Shown here piece after piece: positions 50,565 through 61,282 of a DNA stretch of 64,000 bases. Source of the DNA: Candidatus Gottesmanbacteria bacterium UBA6580 (GTDB lineage: Bacteria; Patescibacteriota; Microgenomatia; UBA10105; UBA927); contig DJJA01000005.1 in the NCBI GenBank assembly GCA_002433895.1, positions 3,883 to 67,882 of the forward strand, read 5' to 3'. The stretch's first letter is position 1; each line of letters opens with the position of its first letter. The translations under genes were made by a program, and so were the position numbers. Below the pieces are notes generated by a model that made no database searches, was not told the DNA's origin, and saw nothing but the letters and a program-made list of their open reading frames with translations.

Positions 50565-51197
50565 ATGAATAACACAAAAAATCTCTACGCTATCGGTGGA
50601 GTGGTTCTTGGTGCAGTACTGGCCTGGTTTTTGTTTTCCACTGCTGTCCGGAGTAATAACGTGGGTATGATGCAGATGATGGGGCTTCGTGCCCCTACTT
50701 CCTCCAACTCGGATACGCTGGATGCTCATTTTATCGAACAAATGATTCCTCACCATGAAGATGCCATTACTATGGCACGGCTTGCAGAAACTAAAGCCAA
50801 AACTTCTGAAGTAAAGCAATTAGCCAAAAATATAATAACTTCTCAAGGATCTGAGATCGACCAAATGAAATCATGGTACAAAGGCTGGTTTAGACGGGAT
50901 CTTCCAACAGGCAAAAACGTCATGACACAGCACAGCATGATGGGCGGAAGCCAAAGCATGCATATGGGGATGATGGGTAACGAAACAGACTCTGCCCGAC
51001 TCGAAAATGCAGACGATTTTGATACAGCATTTGTGGAGGATATGATTCCTCATCATCAAATGGCAGTTATGATGGCAAGCATGCTTAAAGATGGTTCTTC
51101 AAGGCCGGAAATGCGAAAACTTGCTGACGATATTATTGCAGCTCAAACCAGTGAAATTAATGAGATGCGGATGTGGCTTACCAAGTGGAGTAAATAA
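50565..51197 (+). CDS. DUF305 (CopM-like) copper-binding protein
   Basis: Two MIPHH..A..MA...I...Q..EI repeats. Confidence 0.9.
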   Translation: MNNTKNLYAIGGVVLGAVLAWFLFSTAVRSNNVGMMQMMGLRAPTSSNSDTLDAHFIEQMIPHHEDAITMARLAETKAKTSEVKQLAKNIITSQGSEIDQMKSWYKGWFRRDLPTGKNVMTQHSMMGGSQSMHMGMMGNETDSARLENADDFDTAFVEDMIPHHQMAVMMASMLKDGSSRPEMRKLADDIIAAQTSEINEMRMWLTKWSK

Positions 51198-51200
51198 TTA

Positions 51201-51437
51201 ATGATGCACTCAATCACTACACAAACAATAAAAACTACAGCAACTTTAACATGTCCTCTTTGTCACAAAGACCATGTAGAAGAAATGCCTATAGATGCGT
51301 GCCAACATTTTTATAAATGTGAGTCATGTAAATCGATAATTAAGCCAAAAGAAGGAGATTGCTGTGTTTTTTGTTCATATTCAGATAGTTTATGTCCACC
51401 GAAGCAAGCTGAGTATCTTGCAGCTAACAACTTATGA
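51201..51437 (+). CDS. GDCCVxC domain protein
   Basis: CPLC...C..C...GDCCVFCSY...CPP. Confidence 0.88.
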   Translation: MMHSITTQTIKTTATLTCPLCHKDHVEEMPIDACQHFYKCESCKSIIKPKEGDCCVFCSYSDSLCPPKQAEYLAANNL

Positions 51438-53668
51438 CTACATATACCTGCTCAATGCATCCGGAAGTTATTAAAGATGCTCCTGGTACCTGTCCAAAAT
51501 GCGGAATGACATTAGTTCCCGTAGAAAAAACTCCAGACCACTCCGGGATGGATCACTCATCCCACACTGAGAGTGCTCATGATCATCATTCCATGAAGAC
51601 GGTAACAGGCATGACCTTTTGGGAAAAACTCAAAATGAGTATGACTATGTCGATGGGAATGGATCATACGGGATTGACAGGTCGCGAGATGGCTAAACTC
51701 ATGGAAGAAGATATCCGGAACAAATTTTTTGTCTCACTCCTTCTGACTCTACCCATTATTGCGTATTCCCCGATGGGTACAAATATGCTCGGCCTTTCTT
51801 TGCCGACACCTATTCCCGCTTCGTGGATTATGTTTCTTTTAACGACACCAGTGTACTTTTACTCTGGGTGGATCTTTCTGTATTCAACCTATAAAGCACT
51901 GCAAGCAAAAACTCTCAATATGGCTGTGCTTATCGCCGTCGGCATTACCGCCGCATACGCTTTTAGCATTGTTCTAACGCTTCTTGGGAGCGAAGAGTCA
52001 TTTTATGAAGCGGCAGCCATGCTTACCACATTCGTCTTGTTTGGACACTGGATGGAAATGAAGTCACGCCGGGGAACGACCGATGCCCTGCAGGCCTTAT
52101 TTAATTTGGTGCCCCCACAAGCACGGGTATTACGGGATGGCAAAGAAATGATGATCCCTACCTCTGAAGTAAAGCTCGGCGATATTCTCATACTCAAGCC
52201 AGGTGACAAGGTGCCGGTCGATGGCGAGATTATTGAAGGTGAAACCGCAATCGATGAGTCTTTAGTGACCGGCGAGTCCTTGCCTGTTGCAAAATCTATC
52301 GGTGATAGTGTCATCGGAGGATCAATCAATACATCAGGTTCAGTTCAGTTTAAGGCAACCAAAATAGGATCTGATACCGCACTTGCGCAAATCGTTAAGA
52401 TGGTTGAGACTGCACAAAACTCCAAAGCCCCTGGGCAAAAAATTGCCGATCGGTTCGCTAAATACCTTGTCATAGTGGCCGTCGGTGGTGGGCTTCTTAC
52501 GTTTCTTGTTTGGTATTTTGCCTTAGGCGCAACATTTATGGTTGCACTCACGTTTGCAATTTCTACGGTTGTTATTGCGTGTCCGGATGCGTTAGGACTT
52601 GCGACCCCTACCGCTGTTGCGGTCGGTACCGGATTGGGTGCCAAGCACAATATTCTTATCAAGGACGCCCCCACGCTTGAGCAGGTATCGAAGATCCAAG
52701 CTGTGGTACTCGATAAAACGGGAACACTTACAGAGGGGAAACCTATTATTACGGATGTTATAGCAGCAACAGGATTTACTGAGGACGAGATCATCGCACT
52801 CGACGCAGCAGCAGAGGCCAAGTCATCACATCCGTTAAGTTTGGCGGTCTTGGAAGAAGCCAAAAAACGAAAAGTAGAGATACCGACGACTGTTGAAAAA
52901 TTCCAAAACTTAGCGGGTCACGGAGTGGAAGCAGTTGTTGATGGCAAAAAAGTGTTAGTCGGCACCAACAAGCTCATGCAGGACAGAAATATATCTATTG
53001 ATCCCATCAAAGCGGATATAGATCGACTGCTGTCTGAAGGTAAAACGATAATGGTGCTGGCTGTTGACGGCAAAGTTGCCGGCGTTGCTGCAGCCTCTGA
53101 TCCTGTGAAAGCCAACGCAAAATCGGCGATTGCCCGTATGAAAGACATGGGTCTGACGGTCGCTATGATAACTGGTGACAATCAAAAAACTGCGGAAACA
53201 ATCGGCAAGCAACTCGGCATAGACCGGGTATTTGCAGAAGTACTGCCGGAGGATAAATCGTCATACGTCAAAAAACTACAGGCAGAAGGTAAATTTACAG
53301 CTATGGTCGGTGACGGTGTCAATGATGCGCCTGCCCTTGCCCAAGCTGACATCGGGATCGCTATCGGGGCAGGAACGGATGTGGCGATAGAAACAGCCAA
53401 GGTGGTGCTTATGAAATCGGATCCGGCAGATGTCCTGCGGGCAATTAAACTCTCCAAAGCGACAGTCCGGAAGATGAAGGAAAATCTCGTCTGGGCGAGT
53501 ATTTATAACCTACTAGCAATTCCGGTTGCTGCAGGCGTTTTATACCCTAGCTATGGCATTACGCTTCGCCCTGAGTTCTCTGCTCTTCTTATGTCAATTT
53601 CTTCGATAATCGTGGCCACCAATGCCGTACTCCTCAAGCGGGCAGAGAAAAGTCTAGTACAAATGTAG
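51434..53668 (+). CDS. Copper-translocating P1B ATPase (CPD motif)
   Basis: N-terminal YTCSMHP domain and His/Met tract, TGES, CPD, DKTGT, GDGVND, YN, MSISS. Confidence 0.92.
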   Translation: MTTYTCSMHPEVIKDAPGTCPKCGMTLVPVEKTPDHSGMDHSSHTESAHDHHSMKTVTGMTFWEKLKMSMTMSMGMDHTGLTGREMAKLMEEDIRNKFFVSLLLTLPIIAYSPMGTNMLGLSLPTPIPASWIMFLLTTPVYFYSGWIFLYSTYKALQAKTLNMAVLIAVGITAAYAFSIVLTLLGSEESFYEAAAMLTTFVLFGHWMEMKSRRGTTDALQALFNLVPPQARVLRDGKEMMIPTSEVKLGDILILKPGDKVPVDGEIIEGETAIDESLVTGESLPVAKSIGDSVIGGSINTSGSVQFKATKIGSDTALAQIVKMVETAQNSKAPGQKIADRFAKYLVIVAVGGGLLTFLVWYFALGATFMVALTFAISTVVIACPDALGLATPTAVAVGTGLGAKHNILIKDAPTLEQVSKIQAVVLDKTGTLTEGKPIITDVIAATGFTEDEIIALDAAAEAKSSHPLSLAVLEEAKKRKVEIPTTVEKFQNLAGHGVEAVVDGKKVLVGTNKLMQDRNISIDPIKADIDRLLSEGKTIMVLAVDGKVAGVAAASDPVKANAKSAIARMKDMGLTVAMITGDNQKTAETIGKQLGIDRVFAEVLPEDKSSYVKKLQAEGKFTAMVGDGVNDAPALAQADIGIAIGAGTDVAIETAKVVLMKSDPADVLRAIKLSKATVRKMKENLVWASIYNLLAIPVAAGVLYPSYGITLRPEFSALLMSISSIIVATNAVLLKRAEKSLVQM

Positions 53669-53691
53669 TATTGCCTAAAGAGTAACTTTGA

Positions 53692-53713
53692 CATATCATT
53701 AGATAATGATATG
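53692..53713. promoter_or_regulatory. ArsR/SmtB operator
   Basis: Perfect 10-2-10 IR CATATCATTA-GA-TAATGATATG over the start codon. Confidence 0.75.
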
Positions 53714-54031
53714 AAAAAGACTAACTACGCTATAAACGCAAAATTTTTCAGAGGATTCTCAGACCCTACCAGACTTTCCGTTCTCCTGACACTCCTTGAC
53801 AATGAGAAGACTGTGGGAGAAATAGTCGAGGACATCCAGCAATCTCAATCAAATGTATCCAATCATCTTAAATGTCTTTCAGATTGTGGATTGGTGAAAA
53901 ATAGAAGAAACGGAAAAAATATCTACTACTCACTTAGAGATCCCAAAACTAAACGGTTACTTACGTTATCCGAACAGGTAATTTCGAAAGTTTACGCTGA
54001 TATTGATGCTTGCTTGAGATACAAGGAATAA
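53711..54031 (+). CDS. ArsR/SmtB family metalloregulator
   Basis: FSDPTRL, VSNHLKCLSDCGLV. Confidence 0.92.
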   Translation: MKKTNYAINAKFFRGFSDPTRLSVLLTLLDNEKTVGEIVEDIQQSQSNVSNHLKCLSDCGLVKNRRNGKNIYYSLRDPKTKRLLTLSEQVISKVYADIDACLRYKE

Positions 54032-54038
54032 TAATTAT

Positions 54039-55922
54039 ATGAAAAGAATATTGTCTTATCTAAAAAATCCAAAAGTAGCAACCTCATCAGTCAGCTGGTT
54101 GGTATTTCTCATTACGTTCTTTTTAGGATTATTCGGTGTTGGACAAGCCGTCATAATTCCCCTCTATGTATCAGGCATTCTTATCGGTGGATTTTATTTC
54201 GGACGGGAAGCAATTGAAAAGTTATTTGAGAAAAAAATTGGTATCGAAATCCTGATGTCTGTTGGAATTATTGGGGCGGCAGCTCTGGGAGAGTGGAAGG
54301 AGGCATTGCTTCTGGTTGGGCTTTACTCTATTTCTGAAGCAATCGAAAGTTTCATTTCCGACAAGACCAGAAGTGCCATTCGTGCTTTGATGGATTTAGT
54401 ACCGAAAAAAGCGTTGGTCAAAGAAAATGGCAAAACAGAATATATTTTGGCAGAGAAGCTCGAAGTAGACCAGATTTTTATTGTCAAAGCGGGCGAATCT
54501 ATTGCCACCGACGGAATTATCTACACGGGGAGTGCTTCTATCAATCAAGCTGCGATTACCGGAGAGTCTATTCCTGTGTTTAGAAAAGAAGGAGAAACCG
54601 TGTTTGCTGGGACGATAAACGAGGACGGATACATAGAAGTTAAAGCCACGAAGAAGTTTTCGGAAAATACCATCTCAAAAATTATCAAACTGGTTGAAGA
54701 TGCACAGGAGAGTAAAGGCAAAAGACAACAAATGGTTGAAAAATTTTCCTATACTTTTTCACCGATAGTGCTGGGTGTCTCTATTCTCATGCCGCCAGCA
54801 CTGATCCTTTTAGGGTTTCCTCTTTCTGACGCTTTCGTAAGAGCTGTAACATTTGTGGTAGCTGCCTCTCCCTGTGCTTTCGCGGTTTCCATCCCGGTTG
54901 CGTTTGCAGCAGCAATAGGCACTTCGGCAAAAAATGGAGTGTTGGTAAAAGGAGGGATTTATTTAGAAGAGCTCGCCGATACAAAAGTAGTAGCTTTTGA
55001 CAAGACAGGCACGCTCACCACCGGTAAGCCCGTGGTAACAAATATTCTTCCTTTTGGAAACCTTGGCAAAAAACAACTCCTAGAGACCGCAGGTGGTTTA
55101 GCTGTCAACTCATCACATCCGCTTAGTAAAGCAGTTCTATCGGAGTTATATCAGAATAATGTCAATCCGTCATCAGTTGCCAGCCATCACACAATGGCAG
55201 GTGAAGGAGTTAAAGGGGTGATCGATGGAGAAACAGTCTATCTTGGCAGTCCACATCTTTTTGAAAAGCTGGGACAGCGTATTTCGGATATCCGCGAATT
55301 TAAAACATTCTCAGCAGAAGGTAAAACGGTCATTTTTGTCGGCACGGAAAAGAAACTGTTAGGCCTAATCGCAATCGCCGATGCTCCGAGAACCGAAGCC
55401 AAAGCAGCTTTATTATCACTAAAGCGATTGGGTGTAGAAAATGTCATGCTCACGGGTGACCATACGTTGGTTGGAGAAAGCATCGGAAAAGAACTTGGAG
55501 TAGATAAAGTCATTGCCGAGCTGAAACCCGACCAGAAAGTAGAGCGAATTAAGGAACTGAAAAATAAATATCATCATGTGGCTATGATTGGTGATGGTAT
55601 TAATGATGCGCCGGCACTGGCCGAGTCGTCGGTTGGACTGGCAATGGGAACGGCCGGAACAGATGCGGCTCTTGAAGCTGCAAATGTTGCGATCATGGGC
55701 GATGATCTTACTAAAATTCCTTATGCTATCCAACTATCCCGTTATGCTAAAAAGATTGTTTTTCAGAATCTTTTTTTCTCGACAGTTTTACAGGTTATAG
55801 TAATGGGACTTGCAATCTTTATGGTTTTGCCAGTTAGTCTCATATTGTTCGTGGATGAGTTTGGAGAAGTTTTAGTAGTCTTGAATGGACTTCGTCTGCT
55901 ATCTGGGAAAATAAATAGCTGA
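54039..55922 (+). CDS. Heavy-metal P1B ATPase, SPC motif (divalent metal type)
   Basis: TGES, ASPCA, DKTGT, GDGIND; no N-terminal HMA. Confidence 0.9.
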   Translation: MKRILSYLKNPKVATSSVSWLVFLITFFLGLFGVGQAVIIPLYVSGILIGGFYFGREAIEKLFEKKIGIEILMSVGIIGAAALGEWKEALLLVGLYSISEAIESFISDKTRSAIRALMDLVPKKALVKENGKTEYILAEKLEVDQIFIVKAGESIATDGIIYTGSASINQAAITGESIPVFRKEGETVFAGTINEDGYIEVKATKKFSENTISKIIKLVEDAQESKGKRQQMVEKFSYTFSPIVLGVSILMPPALILLGFPLSDAFVRAVTFVVAASPCAFAVSIPVAFAAAIGTSAKNGVLVKGGIYLEELADTKVVAFDKTGTLTTGKPVVTNILPFGNLGKKQLLETAGGLAVNSSHPLSKAVLSELYQNNVNPSSVASHHTMAGEGVKGVIDGETVYLGSPHLFEKLGQRISDIREFKTFSAEGKTVIFVGTEKKLLGLIAIADAPRTEAKAALLSLKRLGVENVMLTGDHTLVGESIGKELGVDKVIAELKPDQKVERIKELKNKYHHVAMIGDGINDAPALAESSVGLAMGTAGTDAALEAANVAIMGDDLTKIPYAIQLSRYAKKIVFQNLFFSTVLQVIVMGLAIFMVLPVSLILFVDEFGEVLVVLNGLRLLSGKINS

Positions 55923-55944
55923 AAGCTAAAATTTATTGGCAAAT

Positions 55945-55978
55945 CTTCATAAAATCTTCATAGCTTGCCTTGTATGCT
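55945..55978 (+). promoter_or_regulatory. Response-regulator tandem box plus -10 (site 7)
   Basis: CTTCAT-n5-CTTCAT-11nt-TATGCT, ATG 6 nt later. Confidence 0.65.
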
Positions 55979-55984
55979 CTAACA

Positions 55985-57802
55985 ATGAGTAAACAAAAAA
56001 TTCACATACAAGGCATGCATTGCCGCTCGTGCGAGATATTAATCGAGGACGAGTTGAGTAAGGTTAAAGGGGTTAAGAAAGTCTACGTCAACCACAAGAC
56101 AGGGGTTGCTGATGTTGACTGTGAGTGTGAGCTTGACCAAAACGAGGTCGCTACAGCCGTTCAAAACGCTGGCTATGTCGTCGGTGAAGACGGCAAGATG
56201 CCACTCATCTCCAAAAACCGCAAGGATTATATTGACTTAGGAATTGCCTTTTTTATAACCGTTGCTCTCTATTTTGTTGCCAAAACGCTTGGGATATTTG
56301 ACCTTGGCAAATCCATTACCGGTGGCAATTATTCCAGCTTACCTGTTGTCTTTATCGTTGGCTTAACTGCCGGAGTATCTACCTGTATGGCCTTGGTCGG
56401 TGGACTCGTGCTTGGTGCCGCCTCCCGCTTCTCGGCGAAGAATCCGCGAGCTACAGGCATGGAAAAATTTACGCCGCATATCTACTTTAACCTAGGGAGA
56501 ATTGCCTCTTATTTTGTTTTAGGTGGCGCACTTGGATTCTTAGGATCAATATTCCAGTTATCTACCTCAGTCCTAGGCATGCTCACAGTAATTGTCGGTT
56601 TAGTCATGCTCCTTTTGGGTGGCCAGCTTATAGACATATTCCCATTTCTCAAGCGCGTGTCATTTACCTTGCCAAAAGGTATCAGTCGCGCTTTAGGCAT
56701 AAAGGAACAGTCTGAACTCGAGTATAGCAATACAAACTCTGCAATTATGGGTGCCTCCACATTCTTTTTGCCCTGTGGTTTTACCCAGGCTATGCAGCTC
56801 TTTGCCATGAGTTCTGGAAGTCCTCTTACCGGTGCCCTGACTATGGGAGTATTTGCTCTAGGCACAGCTCCCGGGCTACTGGGAGTCGGTGGCTTAACTT
56901 CTGTCGTAAAAGGAAACGGTGCAAAACTGTTCTTCAAGACAGCAGGAGTAGTAGTCATACTGCTTTCACTCTTTAACATTACCAATGGTCTTAATCTCTT
57001 GGGGGTTACGCCTGAAGTTTTAGGTGCCTTCACGACTAAGGCAGCGGCAGGTAATACCGTAAATGATCCAAACGTCAAAATGGTTGGTGGCGTCCAGGAA
57101 GTGCGTATGACCCAAGCCTCCGGAGGTTATAGCCCCAACAAGTTTACAATCCGGAAAGGCATTCCTGTCAAATGGATCATTACATCCAAAGACATATATA
57201 CCTGTGCAGCAAGTATTGCCTCTCAACAGCTTAATATTAGAAAAGGTTTGCAGCTTGGAGAAAACGTCTTTGAATTTACTCCCAAAGAAACAGGCACGAT
57301 CCGCTTCTCGTGCTCGATGGGTATGTATACCGGATCATTTACTGTCGTCGATGATAAAGAATCAGCCGGTGCTACTCAGCAAACAACGTTAGCAAACACA
57401 CAAACGCAAAACTCAGGATCAGCAGGATCCTGCAGTGCGGGAGGATGTGGTTGTGGAGGTGCAGCTAAAAAGGCAGCCGCCCTACAAAATAACAACGAAC
57501 CTGCGACGAAACCTATTACCCAGGGAAATGTACAGGTCATCAAAGCAACGTATACCGCCCTTGGTGATATTTCACCCAATACCTTTACCGTCAAAGCCAA
57601 TCAGCCGGTAAAGTTTGAAATTCTATCGAAAGACAATGGTGAGGGCTGTATGGGGAGTGTAGCCGTTCCAAACTTAAGTAAAAAAGTAGAAATGCTTACC
57701 AAAGGGGAAACAACCACCTTTGAATTTACACCGACCTCAACTGGTACCTATCCCATTACCTGCGCCATGGGAGTACCTAGGGGTCAAATACAAGTTATTT
57801 AA
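55985..57802 (+). CDS. HMA + DsbD_2/TauE-like membrane domain + two cupredoxin domains
   Basis: GMHCRSC; STC/LPCG TM core; FSCSMGM and ITCAMG. Confidence 0.85.
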   Translation: MSKQKIHIQGMHCRSCEILIEDELSKVKGVKKVYVNHKTGVADVDCECELDQNEVATAVQNAGYVVGEDGKMPLISKNRKDYIDLGIAFFITVALYFVAKTLGIFDLGKSITGGNYSSLPVVFIVGLTAGVSTCMALVGGLVLGAASRFSAKNPRATGMEKFTPHIYFNLGRIASYFVLGGALGFLGSIFQLSTSVLGMLTVIVGLVMLLLGGQLIDIFPFLKRVSFTLPKGISRALGIKEQSELEYSNTNSAIMGASTFFLPCGFTQAMQLFAMSSGSPLTGALTMGVFALGTAPGLLGVGGLTSVVKGNGAKLFFKTAGVVVILLSLFNITNGLNLLGVTPEVLGAFTTKAAAGNTVNDPNVKMVGGVQEVRMTQASGGYSPNKFTIRKGIPVKWIITSKDIYTCAASIASQQLNIRKGLQLGENVFEFTPKETGTIRFSCSMGMYTGSFTVVDDKESAGATQQTTLANTQTQNSGSAGSCSAGGCGCGGAAKKAAALQNNNEPATKPITQGNVQVIKATYTALGDISPNTFTVKANQPVKFEILSKDNGEGCMGSVAVPNLSKKVEMLTKGETTTFEFTPTSTGTYPITCAMGVPRGQIQVI

Positions 57803-57815
57803 CGAAAGGAATTAT

Positions 57816-58022
57816 ATGAACACACAAACATTTACATTAACCGGCCTAACTTGCCCAGCCTGCAAAAAGATAACTGAAAAACGAATCGGTTCGCTTCCCG
57901 GAGTGACGCACGTCGAAGTGACAGTTTCGAATGGTTCTGCCCATGTGATGTCCGAGAGTCTTATTACAAACGTACAAATCAACGAGGTATTGAAGGATAC
58001 CCCGTATTTTATAGAAGGATAA
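57816..58022 (+). CDS. CopZ-like HMA metallochaperone
   Basis: GLTCPAC; AAGGA RBS before ATG 57816. Confidence 0.85.
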   Translation: MNTQTFTLTGLTCPACKKITEKRIGSLPGVTHVEVTVSNGSAHVMSESLITNVQINEVLKDTPYFIEG

Positions 58023-58026
58023 ACAT

Positions 58027-61000
58027 ATGAACAGAACAATAAATCTAGAAGTCAAAGGAATGCACTGTCAATCATGCGAGATGCTCATTAAGGATGAGTT
58101 GTCAGAGATTTCCGGTATTAAGGATATATCTATTGATGCCAAAACGGGTAAAGGATCGCTCGTCGCAACCAGTAGTAAGGTAACCGATGCTGCTATTATT
58201 GCAGCCATCAAAAACGCAGGTTACACTGGTGTCGTTTTCCCTACCACGAACGGCAATGGCCATTCATTATTGAGCCGTGAGGAATTTGACCAACACTCTG
58301 CCCCTGTATCGTTCACAATGCCACAAGAAGTTGAGATAGATGGCAAGATTGGCAAAAGTGACGACGGATTCTGGACAATTAAGGGAATCCTTCGCTTTGG
58401 AACACGAAATACTATTGTTGAAACGGTGGCGAATGCCATAGCTCCAGTAACAGTCGAAGCTGCAGGAAAATCTGGAGAGCGCACAAACTTGGTTATCCAG
58501 GGCATGCATTGCTCTTCCTGCGCAGCCATTATTGAACGACAATTGAAAAAAGTTCCGGGTGTTACGGATGCAAAAGTAAACTTTGCAGCTGAGAAAGCGT
58601 CAATTGTTCACGACTCGTCCATTGCAAAGATTACTGATCTAATCGCCGGAGTTGAGAAAGCCGGATACAGAGCAATTTCTGCTGATCAAGAAGATTCTAA
58701 AGCTCAGGCAGAACGCCAGCAAGGCGAGATTAAAGGTATGTGGCGGAAGTTTTTGGTCAGCTTAGTGCTGTCTTCCCCCATGATCTATTTCATGTTCATG
58801 GACTTTTTCGCGATGCCGTTTAAGGCGGTACTTTTACCATACATTGGAATCGTCTCACTTGTCTTATCAACTCCTGTCCAATTCTTTATTGGATCGAGTT
58901 TTTATAAAGGAATGATTTCTGCGCTGCGCATGAAGACGTTTAATATGGATAGTCTGATTGCCATCGGCACGTCGGTTGCGTATTTCTATAGTTTGGTCAA
59001 TTTCCTGACCTACAACGCACAAACCGGTTCTATCCTCGGATTGAACGGTGCCAAAATTCCTGAGCTCTACTTTGAGACTGCAGCGTTTCTTATTACCTTT
59101 GTTATTTTAGGTAAATTCCTGGAAGCAAAAGCAAAAGGAAGAACCAGCGAAGCGATCAAAAAACTGATGGGTTTGCAGGCAAAAACCGCGCGTGTCATAA
59201 GAAATGGTGAAACACTTGATATTCCGGTTGAGCAAGTCGTCAAAGATGACATTATCGTTGTCCGACCGGGTGAAAAAGTTCCTGTCGATGGCGTGATCGT
59301 CAAAGGTTCGTCCTCTGTTGATGAATCCATGATTACCGGAGAAAGTCTGCCAGTGGAGAAGCATGTTGATGACATGGTCATCGGTGGCACGATTAATAAA
59401 GTTGGTAGCTTTGAATTCATGGCTACCCGTATCGGTGGCGAGACAACCTTGGCACAGATCATCCGATTGGTTGAGGATGCCCAGGGTTCAAAAGCCCCGA
59501 TTCAGGCTGTTGCTGACCGAATCTCTGCTTATTTTGTGCCCGCAGTTATTATCGTTGCTTTACTCACCTTTGTAGTGTGGTATTTCCTTTTGGGAGCAAC
59601 GCTATCATTTGCACTCATGGCATTTACAGCCGTGATCGTTATTGCGTGTCCATGTGCCCTTGGCTTAGCCACTCCGACGGCCATTATGGTTGGTACGGGA
59701 GTTGGTGCCGAGCACGGTATTTTGGTCAAAGGCGGCGAGCCACTTGAGGCTGCCAGCAAGATTAATGCCATCGTATTTGATAAGACCGGCACGATTACCA
59801 AAGGGAAACCCGAGGTGACAGATGTAGAAGACTATGGCACGCTTGACGAAGACGACGTTCTTATGATCGCAGCCAGTCTTGAAAAACAGTCTGAGCACCC
59901 GCTTGCAGAAGCTATCTACTCCTATGCACAGGAGGAAGGTATCAAACTTGCCGAAGTCGATGGATTCTCCGCAATCCCCGGACACGGAGTCAAGGGAAAA
60001 GTCGGGAAAACCGAATATTATCTCGGGAACCGCAGACTTATAGCCGACAAACTTGGCCTTGATATTGGCCGGATTGAGCGAAAGCTTGCCAGACTTGAAG
60101 AACAAGGCAAAACCGCTATGATTCTCGCTTCCAAGAAGCAAGTGGAAGGTGTGGTCGCTGTTGCCGATACAGTCAAAGACACCTCGCGTGAAGCCGTAGA
60201 ACGCCTTAAGAAGATGGGTATCGAAGTCTGGATGATTACGGGTGACAATACCCGTACAGCCAAGGCTATTGCCGCCCAAGTCGGTATTGATAATGTCCTG
60301 GCAGAAGTCTTGCCTCAGGACAAAGCGAATGAAGTCAAGAAACTCCAGGATGCTGGCAAAAAGGTCGCCATGGTTGGCGATGGTATCAATGACGCACCAG
60401 CGCTTGCTCAGGCAGATTTAGGTATCGCCATGGGATCAGGCACTGATGTCGCTATGGAAACTGGTGGCATTGTCATTATCAAAAATGACCTTCGGGACGT
60501 TGTGCATGCACTGGAACTATCCAAGAGCACTGTGTCAAAGATCCAGCAGAATATGTTCTTTGCGCTCTTTTATAACGTCATCGGTATTCCGATTGCCGCA
60601 CGCATATTCAGCTTCATCGGCTTGGTCTTAAAGCCTGAGCTCGCTGGCCTTGCCATGGCCTTAAGTTCCGTCTCAGTTGTCGGCAACTCCCTCTTACTGA
60701 GGCAGTACAAACCCGGTAAGCGCAACTATGTGTCGCAGTTTGCCCCAGCCATAATGATGGTGGCGTTTACATTCCTATTCATAGAGTTTGCCCGGTTCAG
60801 TTCAACCATGGCAGCCAGTGAGAAGATGGATACAAAAGCGGCTGATGCAAACATTATGGTGGCAAAAACACCCGACGGCACTGAGAAGAAGTTCTTTGCC
60901 ATGGATAGAGAGCTACCGAAAGAACTTGCAGGTAAAATCCCTGCAGACGGCTTTGCCCCGGTCTATATTGGTGGAAAAAAATACTTGCCAGTCTATATTG

Positions 61001-61176
61001 GCTACGATGAAGCCAAGATCATGACCGATGAGAAACTCTTTACCAAAGAGGGTGATACCATTAAAGGCTTCTTTGGAAATGATGTGATCGTGTCCGGTAT
61101 CCTCCCCGATACCAATACGGCCTACGACACCTATCACTTCGTCAAACCTGGATTTGAAATCAAAAAGATGGACTGA
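58027..61176 (+). CDS. copA: Cu(I)-translocating P1B-1 ATPase with two HMA domains and C-terminal extension
   Basis: 2x GMHCxxC, CPC, DKTGT, YN, MALSS. Confidence 0.93.
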   Translation: MNRTINLEVKGMHCQSCEMLIKDELSEISGIKDISIDAKTGKGSLVATSSKVTDAAIIAAIKNAGYTGVVFPTTNGNGHSLLSREEFDQHSAPVSFTMPQEVEIDGKIGKSDDGFWTIKGILRFGTRNTIVETVANAIAPVTVEAAGKSGERTNLVIQGMHCSSCAAIIERQLKKVPGVTDAKVNFAAEKASIVHDSSIAKITDLIAGVEKAGYRAISADQEDSKAQAERQQGEIKGMWRKFLVSLVLSSPMIYFMFMDFFAMPFKAVLLPYIGIVSLVLSTPVQFFIGSSFYKGMISALRMKTFNMDSLIAIGTSVAYFYSLVNFLTYNAQTGSILGLNGAKIPELYFETAAFLITFVILGKFLEAKAKGRTSEAIKKLMGLQAKTARVIRNGETLDIPVEQVVKDDIIVVRPGEKVPVDGVIVKGSSSVDESMITGESLPVEKHVDDMVIGGTINKVGSFEFMATRIGGETTLAQIIRLVEDAQGSKAPIQAVADRISAYFVPAVIIVALLTFVVWYFLLGATLSFALMAFTAVIVIACPCALGLATPTAIMVGTGVGAEHGILVKGGEPLEAASKINAIVFDKTGTITKGKPEVTDVEDYGTLDEDDVLMIAASLEKQSEHPLAEAIYSYAQEEGIKLAEVDGFSAIPGHGVKGKVGKTEYYLGNRRLIADKLGLDIGRIERKLARLEEQGKTAMILASKKQVEGVVAVADTVKDTSREAVERLKKMGIEVWMITGDNTRTAKAIAAQVGIDNVLAEVLPQDKANEVKKLQDAGKKVAMVGDGINDAPALAQADLGIAMGSGTDVAMETGGIVIIKNDLRDVVHALELSKSTVSKIQQNMFFALFYNVIGIPIAARIFSFIGLVLKPELAGLAMALSSVSVVGNSLLLRQYKPGKRNYVSQFAPAIMMVAFTFLFIEFARFSSTMAASEKMDTKAADANIMVAKTPDGTEKKFFAMDRELPKELAGKIPADGFAPVYIGGKKYLPVYIGYDEAKIMTDEKLFTKEGDTIKGFFGNDVIVSGILPDTNTAYDTYHFVKPGFEIKKMD

Positions 61177-61206
61177 CCTAGACATTTCTTATAACCACGA
61201 TGCATT

Positions 61207-61231
61207 AAGAGGGGCCTTAGCCCCTCTTTTT
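61207..61231 (+). terminator. Intrinsic terminator
   Basis: AAGAGGGGC-CTTA-GCCCCTCTT-TTT. Confidence 0.8.
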
Positions 61232-61282
61232 GTATTCTTCTGCTAGACTTCCTCAAGACCCAGCGGTACCTTGTACCCTGAA

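Noticed and set aside
51201-51437. Selenocysteine in the GDCCVxC protein
   Set aside because: All motif positions are Cys codons; no in-frame TGA.
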